Origin: Trypanosoma brucei
Taxonomy: Eukaryota
Direction of reading: 5' to 3'
Assembly: GCA_000002445.1 (NCBI GenBank)
Contig: CP000069.1
Span: 864,001-928,000 of the forward strand
DNA: 64,000 nt
Below, piece after piece: positions 1 to 10,884 of the stretch (its first letter is position 1; each line of letters opens with the position of its first letter). Position numbers and translations under genes: made by a program. The notes below the pieces were generated by a model. That model saw only the letters and a program-made list of their open reading frames with translations, was not told where the DNA came from and did not search any database.

Positions 1-3000
1 GAGCAAGCCGTTAGGGATTTGGTGTGTTGTGCATTTGATGGGAGTTATTGCACGGTATTGGCGTATGGCGCTGCGGGGAGTGGTAAGACGTATAGTGTGC
101 TTGGACCCAAAGCACAGGAAAATATAATGGAAGAGGCAGGGATTTTCCTACGTGTATTTGAGGATTTATTTAGGTATCAGGAGAAAATGTCCAAGCGAAG
201 GCACATCATGTTTTTCGTAGCAGCACTTGAGCTGGTTGGCGAGCAGGTGTTGGACTTGCTAAAGAGGCGAAGTAAGATTCCTGTGAGTGATGTGTCAAGT
301 GATTATCTTTTGCACAACCTCCGCCACGCTGAAGTCACCTCGATGACCGAGGCCACGAATGTCTTCAATTTGATAAACGATATGCGCCAAGATTTGCCTA
401 CCGATGGAATTACACGTGGATCACGCTCTAGCGCTCTTATATTTATTGATATTGTTCAAGTTGCTCACAAACACTTCCCCGACCGTCCTACGCGGGAGAA
501 ATTAGTGGAAGTGGGCGGATTCTCTGTTGAACCTAGTGTGCGAGGCATCCTGCATTCGCGTGTGTTATTGGTAGATTTAGTGGGTAGCAACATCGGAAGA
601 ACCTCAGGTATTGGAGGAGAGGAAGTAATAGAGAATCTGGGAATGGCTAAATCTTTGCAAACATTGGGTATGTGTGTGCGCTCCTTGTATGTTGGGGACT
701 CGCATATTCCCTTTTGTGATGCCAAACTAACTGAGTTGCTGAAACCCTCGCTTGCTGAAAGTACGTCGCGCGTACTTGTGGTGGCCCATGTTTCTCCGCT
801 TGCTAAGGATGGTGACGAAACGAGAGAAACATTGTGCTTTTGTGATCGGATAAAGGAGTTCAAAGCTGATAAATCCTACAATGTTCCGTCCGCAGGGTTT
901 GGGGAATATGAAACTCAGCCGGTTACTCAGCACAGGGAACTTCTTGCTGATGTGAGAATTGCGGCTGCTGTTGCCTACTATACACCTCAACGCCCTTATT
1001 TTACGTCGATGCTAAAAGGTGTGAGCGTGAAAGAGGCACGCGATGCCGCAATTGTTTCTTTGAAAAACGAATTGGATGGCCTGGAAATGAGAAAGGAAAC
1101 GGAGTACATCAGTAAAGCAAAGGAAAAAATAATGAAGGACCGAGATAAAAGGGTACGTGGTTTCGCATCCAGGATGAATCAAATGATAGAGGAATACGAG
1201 GTAATTTCCCAGAAGGTCAAAGAAGAGAAGAAAGTTAGCAAGCACCTTACAAGGGAGTATGAAGCTAAGAGTGAGGAAGCCATAACGGAGGCCAAGAAGG
1301 CAAAAAAAAGTCGTTTGAAAGCCCAGGAGAAGGTGGAGAACCTTCGGGAGCAGCTTGGTTTGCCGAAGGTTGATTCGAGTTTGCCTAATCAGGAGAGTTC
1401 CCAATCACATAAGTACGATGATGACAAAATGTTTTGTGGTGGGTCGACGGAAGAACTTTCAAATGAGGAAAGGGAAAGGGAAACACTACTTGACAATCTT
1501 GTGAATGACTTTCAAACGGCAGCCAAGGACCTCAACGATGTCCACGCGACGTACGCGAAGCGCCTCACCGCCACTCAAAGGCAGAGAGCGCAAGTGCGAC
1601 GTATAAAAATGCTTTGCTCAGGAATTATATTGGATAGCACCCTAGTGGAGGATATTATTGATTTCATTATCGATCGAGCTGTTGATATCTCCCACAAGGT
1701 AATTAAACCATCGCAGCCGTATTCTTGGAAAAATATTGAAGGCCTTAGCACTGTTTTGAGAGGTGGTAACAGACTTTATCCACCGTTGTTCAATTCTATT
1801 CCAGATGCTACAAAAGTGGATAGTACAGGAGTATTTCATAGATGTACTTTTCTCAGCTCTGACGAAAGCGATGAGGAGAACTCTCACTATCCAGATGAAA
1901 CGCGGCGGCCAGTTGAGATGGACAATGATTTGTACGAACATTATTTGGCGATGGGTAATACGCAAAAGAAGGTGAAGGAGGACGGTAGTGCGGGTTCAGA
2001 AAAGAAGTCAGCAGCAAAATGGGGAGGGGAGATTTCAGAGACTGCACGAGACGAAGCGAGAAAGCCCGCGAAGGAGAATGCTGAAGATGGGGGTGTTGAG
2101 GGAAGTCCGATAGGGTTAAATGCATCAGCAACGGAATCGCTACATCTCGATGGCGACAACGATGGGGAATTTAATCAATCTGATAACAATGTCGAAGAGA
2201 GTGAGGAGCCTTTGACGGAATCGGAGAAACAGCGAATGCGGACACGTAGGGACCAGCAATACCTTATGCGTGTGTATGACTCACCTACCTTGGTCGACGA
2301 TCTCATAAAATTCTTGCGCGGTGGAACGGTAATGCTGAAGCACGGACGCATAGGAAAACCTCATCGTCGCCTGTTCTGGGTATCTATAGATAGGGAGAAG
2401 CGAAAGCTTCTATGGGCAGATCCCGATGCAACCGCAAGTCGCTCTAGCTCGTATGTTGACCTTGACAACGTGAGTTACATTCAAATAGGCTGTTTCAGTA
2501 AAGTTTTCAAACGGTACTGCTCGACATCGACGGATCCAAGTTTTTACCGTAGTTTTACGGTTGGTTTGAAAGATGGTAGTCGTACGGTTGATATTGTTGC
2601 CGACACATTAGCGGATTTTGAGGCTTGGGTGCTTGGTCTGTCTAACTTGGTGAGGGTAGATCCATCGTGGGGCGGGAAGTTGGATGTCTCAGTGGAGGTA
2701 AACTACGACCGTCTTAACTGCTTTGAGGTGAGTCTTTGCGAAACAAATTACATATTTCCTACGCAATACCTCATGTTAAAACGACGTGTGACGCAGATTG
2801 CGGCCCACACCCTCGAGGTTCTTCAGCAATGTGGAAATGATGTTGCAAAGGCCCAGGAAATTTTGAATGGTATTCATCCCCCAGGAATCAATGACAAGGG
2901 TGCTGTGTACCTTACAAAGGGTGAGTTACGCTTTGTTGGTCGCAACGAAATAGACATCATTCGTATCACCAAAATATGGATGTTGTTTCAACAAATGAAT

Positions 3001-3060
3001 CTTGTGTACGATGACAACTTCGTGCCGGCGACGACATTCGGTATCACTCGGCGGAGTTAG
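1..3060 (+). CDS. Kinesin-like motor protein with a C-terminal PH domain; 5' end truncated by the window edge
   Basis: The reading frame is open from nucleotide 1; the ORF-track start at 19 is a TTG. Motor motifs seen: P-loop AFDGSYCTVLAYGAAGSGKTYSV, switch I TRGSRSSALIFI, switch II LVDLVGSNIGRTSG, and VAHVSPLAKDGDETRETLCFCDRIKE. The last ~250 aa match a PH-domain pattern (GRIGKPHRRLFWVSIDREKRKLLWADPD ... FEAWVLGLSNLV). Confidence 0.85.
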   Translation, partial: EQAVRDLVCCAFDGSYCTVLAYGAAGSGKTYSVLGPKAQENIMEEAGIFLRVFEDLFRYQEKMSKRRHIMFFVAALELVGEQVLDLLKRRSKIPVSDVSSDYLLHNLRHAEVTSMTEATNVFNLINDMRQDLPTDGITRGSRSSALIFIDIVQVAHKHFPDRPTREKLVEVGGFSVEPSVRGILHSRVLLVDLVGSNIGRTSGIGGEEVIENLGMAKSLQTLGMCVRSLYVGDSHIPFCDAKLTELLKPSLAESTSRVLVVAHVSPLAKDGDETRETLCFCDRIKEFKADKSYNVPSAGFGEYETQPVTQHRELLADVRIAAAVAYYTPQRPYFTSMLKGVSVKEARDAAIVSLKNELDGLEMRKETEYISKAKEKIMKDRDKRVRGFASRMNQMIEEYEVISQKVKEEKKVSKHLTREYEAKSEEAITEAKKAKKSRLKAQEKVENLREQLGLPKVDSSLPNQESSQSHKYDDDKMFCGGSTEELSNEERERETLLDNLVNDFQTAAKDLNDVHATYAKRLTATQRQRAQVRRIKMLCSGIILDSTLVEDIIDFIIDRAVDISHKVIKPSQPYSWKNIEGLSTVLRGGNRLYPPLFNSIPDATKVDSTGVFHRCTFLSSDESDEENSHYPDETRRPVEMDNDLYEHYLAMGNTQKKVKEDGSAGSEKKSAAKWGGEISETARDEARKPAKENAEDGGVEGSPIGLNASATESLHLDGDNDGEFNQSDNNVEESEEPLTESEKQRMRTRRDQQYLMRVYDSPTLVDDLIKFLRGGTVMLKHGRIGKPHRRLFWVSIDREKRKLLWADPDATASRSSSYVDLDNVSYIQIGCFSKVFKRYCSTSTDPSFYRSFTVGLKDGSRTVDIVADTLADFEAWVLGLSNLVRVDPSWGGKLDVSVEVNYDRLNCFEVSLCETNYIFPTQYLMLKRRVTQIAAHTLEVLQQCGNDVAKAQEILNGIHPPGINDKGAVYLTKGELRFVGRNEIDIIRITKIWMLFQQMNLVYDDNFVPATTFGITRRS

Positions 3061-3820
3061 TATTCTCTTTTTTCTCCATCATTTATGTCTTCACCTTACA
3101 CTTCGTTGCTGTTTTGTGTCTTTGACAAACTTATATTATCACCATTATTTTTTCGTTTCTTACTTTTGTTTTGTTTTGCTTTAATTTTTTCCCCCTTTCT
3201 TTTCCCTGTACATGTGGTATGCATACGTAACTTTCCTTTGCTTGATGGAGGATTGACGTATGGCAAACCGATACGTGGAGGATGATTAAGAAAAGATATG
3301 GGAAGTGTGAGGTTTAATGGAAGTGCCCTCACGTGGCGGTGGTGAGGGTGGTTGTCGAACTTTTGGATCGTAATTCCCAACGTGAGGAGGAAGCGCAAAG
3401 CAATGGAAGGATTGAAAAAAAAAATAAAAAAAGAAAGGATATAAAGGAAATAAAGAAAATAAAAGATGAAGATTATATGTGAACATCTGCGAAGGAAAGA
3501 AAGCAAGTGAAAAAGAAAAGAAAAGAGACGAAAGGAATTTTTCAACTAGTTGAGCATATGGTGTTTTGTTTTTCTTACTAAAACAAGTAAATGCATATAC
3601 ATACACGTATTTTGTTTGTATATATAAATATATATTTTCACCAACCTTGGTGGGTTTGCGTGGCGAACGCTACGGAAACTGAACATATGGACTTCTGAGT
3701 TTCTATATGCTGTCTTCTCTTTGCTTCCTTGCGATTACACTTTTATGTATTTGTGCATTCGCTTCCACCTTTTTTATGTGCTTAACCTCATATATGAAAA
3801 ATACACCGGAGTGCTTAAAC

Positions 3821-3846
3821 ACACACACATATATATATATATATAT
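3821..3846. repeat. (AC)4(AT)9 compound microsatellite
   Basis: Read directly in the spacer between the kinesin and nuclease genes. Confidence 0.9.
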
Positions 3847-4431
3847 CACTATCTATCTCTCAAGCAGGAAGGAAAGGATGCAGTGATAACTCCAAAAAGG
3901 TATAGGAGGAATAACGGTTTGGATGAGCGGCAGCACAACCGTAATAAACGATAAAAACGTGTGTTTAACAGGAGGGAAACCATGAGCACACATTTATGTG
4001 ATTACATTGTGCAGTGGTAAGTTTCTGCAATGATTGAAGTTAGAACACGGTAAATTCTTTCGTGTGCTGTTGTTGTTCCTTGCCTCAGTTTTGCGGTTGC
4101 GGGTGCTACTATTTAGGATACAATTGAAAGAGAGTGTGTACTGTAAGTGGCGCCTCCTTTATAGTCGATACAACGTTAGACTGAAGGAATTCACATGCTC
4201 CCCTTTGTTTGACTGTCATTGAGCTCTTCAGTTTCTGTCCGCCTTGTTAGTGTGCCTTTTCATTATGTGATCTCCTCTTTCTCGTACTGATTTCATGAAG
4301 AATAACCTTCACAGCGGCTGGAAATTGCAAGGTTTACAAACTGCAACTTAACTATTAAGGTGACGACCAACAGAAAGGGCTTAATCGAGGAAGGCTATTC
4401 TTCAAGCAAACAACAACTGGCTGTAGCAATA

Positions 4432-5262
4432 ATGAGAGGGCCTGTTACTATATTACTACAGATTTTATTGATTGTTGTAATTATATTTTCTTCACTACCT
4501 GTGGATGCATGGGCGGCGTTTGGGCACATGGTTGTTGCTGAAATTGCTAAACGTAATTTAGATGCAGACGTGCTGGAGAAGGTGAAGCAGTACACGCAAC
4601 ATCTCTCTGAGAGCGGTCCGTTCCCCAAAATCCCTGATTTTGTCCAAAGCGCGTGTTGGCCCGATGACCTGAAAAGCTATGACCTAGGGGTCATGAACGG
4701 TTGGCATTATACAGCAAATGTATACAATCGTGATGGTTTCGAGTTGAAAGAGCCACTGCAACAAAAATCTAACATAGTAAGTGTAATAGACAGTCTCTCC
4801 GCGACATTAAGCTATCATGAAACCCCTTTGTACGTACGCTCCTTTGCGCTTGCCCACCTCATCCATCATTACGGTGACATTCATCAACCCTTGCACACCA
4901 CTTCGCAAGTATCTTCTGAATACAAAACAGGAGACCTTGGAGGTAACTTAGTGCATGTGCGGGTGAGGAACACCACTACAAAACTGCATTCATTCTGGGA
5001 TGATATTTGCCGTCCTAGTATTTCCATGAAGCGCCCTCTGGAGGAAAAGCACTACGCAAAGGTAAGGAGTTTTGCCGACCGTTTAGTGGAGACGTACGAT
5101 GTCTCCTGGGAGCACAGGAGGCAAACTAACGCAACTATTATGTCCATGGAAGGCTTTGAACTCGCAAAGGAGATTGCTTATGCTGGTGTTGTTAATGGCA
5201 GTCAATTGAGCTCCCAATACGTGGATAGATGCGTGGAAACTGCAGAGCAGCGTATACTCTAG
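4432..5262 (+). CDS. S1/P1-type class I nuclease (3'-nucleotidase/nuclease family) with an N-terminal signal peptide
   Basis: The track ORF opens at GTG 4360; the first in-frame ATG is at 4432. A hydrophobic leader (MRGPVTILLQILLIVVIIFSSLPVDA) is followed by the mature N-terminus WAAFGHMVVAEIA, matching the Trp1/His of S1/P1 nucleases. Zn-ligand motifs HYxxDxHQPLH and HSFWD are present. Confidence 0.8.
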   Translation: MRGPVTILLQILLIVVIIFSSLPVDAWAAFGHMVVAEIAKRNLDADVLEKVKQYTQHLSESGPFPKIPDFVQSACWPDDLKSYDLGVMNGWHYTANVYNRDGFELKEPLQQKSNIVSVIDSLSATLSYHETPLYVRSFALAHLIHHYGDIHQPLHTTSQVSSEYKTGDLGGNLVHVRVRNTTTKLHSFWDDICRPSISMKRPLEEKHYAKVRSFADRLVETYDVSWEHRRQTNATIMSMEGFELAKEIAYAGVVNGSQLSSQYVDRCVETAEQRIL

Positions 5263-6356
5263 CAGGTTACCGATTGGCGACTCATTTGAACAACATACTC
5301 GGTAGCAAACCAGCAGCTCCCGCTGTTCCACCGGCTGAGGGTGGTGTGTGTAGTACGGCGACGTATGGAGCAATTTTGATACTAGGAGTTCTATTTTGTT
5401 GTCATTTTTAATTTATCTCTGACTATTAGATTGTTACTTATTTACTTGTTCCTCTTTCTTCCCCTCTCGTTATGGGCGCTAAAATCTTTTTGTTACTTAA
5501 CGAAAATCCTGTGGAAGGTTTCGTTCAATTATAATGAATTCACGATTTCTTTATGTGGATCTAAAGGTCGTTGTTATTCCCATTTGTTTTTAGCGGGCAT
5601 TTATCTATAACGCGTATGTGCACAGTTATTTGTTGTATTTCACGTTTTGTCCCGTCGTTCTCATGGTCGGATGCCTTTCGCGCTATGACGGATCCCATAT
5701 TCCACAAGGTAGAAACGACACTGGGTTGCCTAGTGGTGGTGCCGCAACTGAGAGGGTGATTGGCGCAACGGTATTAAACAGAGGTAAAAACTGCCTTTTT
5801 TGTGTGTATTGCGGATTGTAGCGTAATTCTCAGGTGATATTTGTTTTGAGAAAATGAGAACGGGGATGCAGCAACGTTTGTGGAATATTTGTGTGCTTGG
5901 TTGTACCTTTCGTTCCCTCTCAGATGTACACTTATCTCGGCATGAAACTTGTTATTACTTTTTCTCTTTTTTCATATACCCTGCAATATCCCCCGCAAAA
6001 TGATTTACCTCTCCGACATATTGACACTTTTTTGTGTGTTACAATTGGTGTATCGGTTTTTAAACCCGCAATGTTGGCTATATTTTGTTCGTTCCGTTTA
6101 ATACATATATATATTGGTATATGGATACCTCTTAAGCGTATGTTTAACCATACTATTACCCTCTTGTTTTTAACTTGTTATAAATATATTTTTAATGTTT
6201 TTTTTTAAAATGAAAGTGAGGTAGCGTTAGCAAATCACACGACTAGGCTGCGTGGGATCGTTATACATCGCCACATTTAGTGCTTCTGCTCGTTAGACGC
6301 TGTGAGATTTATATATTTTTCGGTCGTGTTTCCACCTGTTGTCACTGTTTCATCAG

Positions 6357-6410
6357 TTTATTCCTTTTTGCACCTTCTCTCTCCCTTCCCGTATCTTCTT
6401 ATCTTTATTT
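6357..6410 (+). promoter_or_regulatory. Polypyrimidine tract plus downstream AG: candidate spliced-leader trans-splicing acceptor region for the HD-domain gene
   Basis: A ~54-nt C/T-rich run, followed by AG dinucleotides at 6414-6423, lies just upstream of ATG 6435. This is the canonical kinetoplastid arrangement. Confidence 0.55.
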
Positions 6411-6434
6411 GGGAGATATCGAGTAACACATTAC

Positions 6435-8642
6435 ATGGAAGGGGAACTTGCCTTCGTGAAGAGTGAACATGTGCTGGACAATATAACAGGTAAAGAGTTG
6501 GATGCTTTCAAATTGCAGGAGCACTCTGGTGACAAAGTTTATGTCCCACCAAATTCTAATGGTAATTTTGATCTTAAGGTGGGCCAACAGTACACAAATA
6601 TCGGAAGAGACACATCCGAGTCACAAAAAACTGAAGGGGGGAAGACGGTTCTCCTCCACAGCCCGACCTCACTGACACCCACCAAAAAACTTTCGTCTGT
6701 TGGCGACATTGCCGTTAGCGCGGCGAGTGTGCTCGATGTTGACGGGAAGGATCTGTTTTTGAGCCCAAAAGAGGCAAAAAACGTTATTGATGACGCTGAA
6801 GGAAGTGTCATTTTCTCACAAAAGGGGCGCGATACCCCCTCCATTTGTGGTGCCGCTGAAGGTGTTCGATTGCAAGACGGTGCCAGGGACATGTTGTTCT
6901 TTTCTCCACTTCTTCAGCCGCTGGAAGCCGGTGGGAAGAATTTTCAAGATCCCGTTCATGAGTATGTTCACCTTCCCAACGTCGCAATTCGCATTATAGA
7001 TACAGTTGAGTTTCAACGCCTCCGCACGGTGAAGCAGCTTGGTACCGTATGCTTCCTCTATCCTGCCGCTACGCACACGCGATTCGAGCATTCCATAGGG
7101 GTTGCGCATCTCGCATCAGAGATGCTTAAACACATTGCATCATGTCAACCTGAGCTTGGAATAACCAGGGCAGATGTTTTAAGTGTTATTATTGCTGGTC
7201 TCTGCCACGACCTCGGACACGGACCCTTTAGCCACTCCTTTGAAGTTGCTGTTAATCGCATTCGCTCGAAAACTGGTGCTCGAAAACTGTGGCGTCATGA
7301 GCATATGTCCGTTTTACTGTTGCGCCGCATTTTAAAGAAGATAGAGATTAGAAAATACGGTTTGAATGAAGACGATGTGAGATTTATTGAGCTATGTATT
7401 ACTGGTCTTCACCCTTCGAAGCGCTGGCCGGAGAACATTGGCAGACCGGAGAAAAAAAGATTCCTGCTGGAGATTGTCTCAAATAAACGCAACGGCATGG
7501 ATGTGGACAAACTTGATTACTTTCACCGTGACTCGATTGCTTGCTATGGTCGGGCAGCCGTTGATGTGCAAATTCGTCGACTGCTGAAGTCGTGCAAGGT
7601 ACTTTGTTGTGAGGAGCAGCACCAAATATGTTTTGAGGAAAAGATGGCCCTTAGTCTCGGGGATATATTTAGTGTACGGGCAAAATTGCACAAACACGCG
7701 TACCAGCACCGCGTAACCCTGGCCATTGAGCAAATGATGATCGATGCACTGTACGAGGCTGAGCCTTTCTTCCTCGTACCTGGAAAAAATGGCAGAAAGC
7801 TACGCTTGTCTGAGTGTGTGGATGATGAAGAAGCATTTTGCAAACTTGGTGACTGGATTTTGGAGGGCATTACTGCCTCCGACGATCCTCGACTAGCGAA
7901 GTCTCAGTCACTTATCCGGAGGATAATGGAACGTGATTTGTACTCGGTTGTGGGAATCAAAACGTTCATCTCATACAATGTTGAGCTAGGTGAAGATGAC
8001 ATCAGAAGTTATATGATTCAACATTGTAAGATGCTGGGTAGGTACAGCGAAAAGCTCGATTCCAACCTATTGGTTAACTTCATCAACATTACTTATGACA
8101 AAACAGACAAGTCAGGTATCCCCAATGACCCTATTGCTCATATGGCGTTTTACAGCCCGAAGAATGTAGGCGCTGGTGCCTTCCGGCTTCCAAAGGAGCG
8201 CAAAAGTCATATTTTCTCCCCAATATCATACGGTGAGAAGTCAGTTATTGTTTTCGTAAAAGAAAAGGTTTTTGTCGACGTTATTCGTGACGCCTTCGGC
8301 GTATGGGTCAGTGCGCACGCAAATCTACTGGTCGTTGCTGTTCCAGCGCACAATGGGAGGACAGAAGAGAGCCCTACAGGTTCTGCACAATCCTCGCGCT
8401 CTCAGTGTCTTAGTGGTCGAGCAGACAACCAAGACAGCAGCAGTAATAACAATGACACCGTTACCATATTGACTGCCCCCAGAGCGTATGTTGAGGGGTT
8501 TACGGGATTTTCAAGTTCCCAAACGAATGGAATCCCTTCGTACTGTCAGAGCGAGTCAGAGTCTACTCAAGCCAGTCAGTGCAGCGCAAGCGGTTTAAAA
8601 TTGTCAGAAGGAAATTTAGCGGGAAATAAACGCAGCCGCTAA
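6435..8642 (+). CDS. HD-domain dNTP triphosphohydrolase, SAMHD1-like
   Basis: The track start 6339 is a TTG; the first ATG is at 6435, with a polypyrimidine tract plus AG immediately upstream. Motifs: VHLPNVAIRIIDTVEFQRLRTVKQLG...THTRFEHSIGVAHLA and LCHDLGHGPFSH (H...HD...D metal site, as in SAMHD1/dGTPase). The ~735 aa product has an S/Q-rich C-terminal tail. Confidence 0.8.
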   Translation: MEGELAFVKSEHVLDNITGKELDAFKLQEHSGDKVYVPPNSNGNFDLKVGQQYTNIGRDTSESQKTEGGKTVLLHSPTSLTPTKKLSSVGDIAVSAASVLDVDGKDLFLSPKEAKNVIDDAEGSVIFSQKGRDTPSICGAAEGVRLQDGARDMLFFSPLLQPLEAGGKNFQDPVHEYVHLPNVAIRIIDTVEFQRLRTVKQLGTVCFLYPAATHTRFEHSIGVAHLASEMLKHIASCQPELGITRADVLSVIIAGLCHDLGHGPFSHSFEVAVNRIRSKTGARKLWRHEHMSVLLLRRILKKIEIRKYGLNEDDVRFIELCITGLHPSKRWPENIGRPEKKRFLLEIVSNKRNGMDVDKLDYFHRDSIACYGRAAVDVQIRRLLKSCKVLCCEEQHQICFEEKMALSLGDIFSVRAKLHKHAYQHRVTLAIEQMMIDALYEAEPFFLVPGKNGRKLRLSECVDDEEAFCKLGDWILEGITASDDPRLAKSQSLIRRIMERDLYSVVGIKTFISYNVELGEDDIRSYMIQHCKMLGRYSEKLDSNLLVNFINITYDKTDKSGIPNDPIAHMAFYSPKNVGAGAFRLPKERKSHIFSPISYGEKSVIVFVKEKVFVDVIRDAFGVWVSAHANLLVVAVPAHNGRTEESPTGSAQSSRSQCLSGRADNQDSSSNNNDTVTILTAPRAYVEGFTGFSSSQTNGIPSYCQSESESTQASQCSASGLKLSEGNLAGNKRSR

Positions 8643-8736
8643 ACTACGTGAAGAAACATTAGCAAAAGCAAAAAGATTGTGATTGGAAGCAAAGTGGTAT
8701 GGAGGGGGGTAATGTTTCATAACGACTGCCTTTATG

Positions 8737-8755
8737 TATATATATATATATATAT
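8737..8755. repeat. (TA)9-10 microsatellite
   Basis: Read directly, downstream of the HD-domain gene. Confidence 0.9.
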
Positions 8756-9464
8756 CTAAAGATATACAAGTGTCCCTATCTTTATTTTTTTATTGACTGT
8801 GCGTTGCTTTCCCTTTTCTTTGACTTCTGTCTCAATTCGTTAGAATTTCGTTTACGGCAGTGTTTGATATCCGATCTTCTTATATAATTTTTTGAAAAAT
8901 TTTTATCGTTATAGCAAAATTAGTGCGCATGTACGTTGTAGCAACGGTTTTTTCCCTCTTCCTTGTCTTGCTTGTGGTAGCAGTAACTGAACAGAAACTG
9001 AGAAAACGAAATTATATAGAGAAATGAACAGATGGACAAAAACGACCGTTAATACAGAGAAAAAGAAAGGGAGTCAAGGAAATACGGAGCGCATGCTGTC
9101 AGGCACAAATAGCGAAAGTATTGAAGGAGATAGAGAAATCATAGAAACGTAAGAGACACGGTAAAAACATTTTTACCTTGTGCCTCACATGCCATACATT
9201 TGTTTCTTTTTAGGTCGCACAAAGTGCGGTCGTACCTCTGTTTAGAAGAAACACTTGGACGATAGAAAAAAGAAAGCAGAAGGAATATTTTGCCTGAGTA
9301 TACTTCTGTTTTTTTTTCTTACTCTAATATGACTTAAGTTCAATATACCCATTTTTGAAACTTTTTCTCTTTCATTTACTTTTTTCTTTTTATTATGAAG
9401 TGGGAGGTTTTGAAAATCACTTAGTTAGCTACAACAAGTTGCTTCGTTTTATGATGTTGTGCAC

Positions 9465-10598
9465 ATGGTCTCGCCACCAGCTTTATTTCACGTGATATAT
9501 GAGAATGACGAACTTGTAGTTGTCAACAAGCCAAATGATGTGCCAATGGACGGTGTAGGTTGTGAATTAACGGTGGAACGGTGGGCACTGGCATATCGAT
9601 CAAGGCGAAATGATGGCGACAAAGTGGACAGTGAACGCTTCAATGAGGAAGTTATGAAGGATGCCTCCCAACTCCCCGATTTTGTTACAGAGAAACCAAA
9701 GGGTAAGAAAAAAATGGTTAAATTCGTTCATCAGTTGGACTACGCTACAAGTGGTGTCCTCTGCATTGCGTTCTCGAAAGAAATGGCCGCCCGACTTGCT
9801 CATTGCTTTGAGATGAGGACGGCAAAGAAAGCGTACGTTGCAGTTCTCCACGGTAGTGTTTCACCCTTATCAAGTACAATTCCCAATTCAACATCATTTC
9901 TTTCGAGAAATGCGACTCAAGGTGGTTTTCGCTTAATTTCAATTAAAGAAGTGTCGAGTTGTCAATTCATTTTGGACTGTGTGCGGATTGCCACCGGTCA
10001 AACCGAGCCAAATAACGTCGTATCGGAAGAGAAGATTATTGAAATTAATCTCCCAGTCGGTTACGATGATGACGACCCTGATAGGTTCCGCATGGCTGTG
10101 AATGGACGTGACGCAAAGGAGAGCTTAACATACATGTATGTCCTTCAAAATGGGTATCTGCCTTGCCCGTCTAAAAACTGTCAAGTTTCTGTAACAAAAG
10201 TTATTCTCATACCGCAGACGGGCCGGAGGCACCAACTCCGCCTTCATTGTAATGCACTTGGGTTCCCGATAGTCGGTGACGTAACATACGGCATATCTTC
10301 ATTTCCTTCCACTGTACTACACCAGAATGAGGCATTAATGGAGGGAAGGAACACGAAAGATGTTGAAGTACCGATAAGAGCAAGTGATTGGTCTCGCATG
10401 ATGCTTCACGCTTGGCGTCTCTCTTTTCCTTTGAATGTAGAGCCGATTGGTGACGGGAGACAGAGGAGTTTACTGAAGAGGCAACGCCGACGTGAGACAC
10501 TTGGATTGGATGATGCACACAGTAGTTGGGAAGACGCTGTATGGACGCACTTCCAAACGGAAGACCCTTTTGCGTTAATAATAGAAGACAAACCCTAG
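9465..10598 (+). CDS. RluA-family pseudouridine synthase
   Basis: The first ATG is at 9465; the track start 9459 is a GTG. S4-like/RluA signature VVVNKPNDVPMDG is present, and the catalytic-Asp motif FVHQLDYATSGVLCIAF matches the HRLDxxTSG pattern. Confidence 0.7.
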   Translation: MVSPPALFHVIYENDELVVVNKPNDVPMDGVGCELTVERWALAYRSRRNDGDKVDSERFNEEVMKDASQLPDFVTEKPKGKKKMVKFVHQLDYATSGVLCIAFSKEMAARLAHCFEMRTAKKAYVAVLHGSVSPLSSTIPNSTSFLSRNATQGGFRLISIKEVSSCQFILDCVRIATGQTEPNNVVSEEKIIEINLPVGYDDDDPDRFRMAVNGRDAKESLTYMYVLQNGYLPCPSKNCQVSVTKVILIPQTGRRHQLRLHCNALGFPIVGDVTYGISSFPSTVLHQNEALMEGRNTKDVEVPIRASDWSRMMLHAWRLSFPLNVEPIGDGRQRSLLKRQRRRETLGLDDAHSSWEDAVWTHFQTEDPFALIIEDKP

Positions 10599-10884
10599 TG
10601 ATTGAACTAATATTTTGCCTTTTTTTTCTTCGTGCGTATTTTCGTTTTGTGGTTGTTGGCATTGTTCTCTCTACATTCCCTTTCAGTAGTTTCTGTCTCA
10701 CCACTATACTTTCTTCATCGTTCAAATACTCAAAGACGAATAAAAAGAGAAAACTAATGCTGAGTTCTCCTAACTACCATTTTTTCTCTTTTTTGCATTA
10801 TTATTCTTTCTTTTTTGTAAAAAAAAATATATAAAATGGATGCGTGTGTATAAGAATATATATATTTGAGAAGTGATTTGTAGT

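Noticed and set aside
3096-3606. Minus-strand ORFs of 106-149 aa in the spacer after the kinesin gene, plus many other minus-strand ORFs of 60-170 aa throughout (for example 38219-38611, 57100-57552, 54476-54922)
   Set aside because: All are short and low-complexity (poly-F/L/S/K), and lie antisense to strong + strand genes or within spacers. None has a recognisable motif. A uniform + strand polycistron makes antisense genes unlikely.
9218-9237. Small hairpin (cgcac-aaa-gtgcg) in the spacer before the RluA-like gene
   Set aside because: It has only a 5-bp stem, well within chance expectation for an 800-nt AT-rich spacer. There is no flanking conservation evidence.
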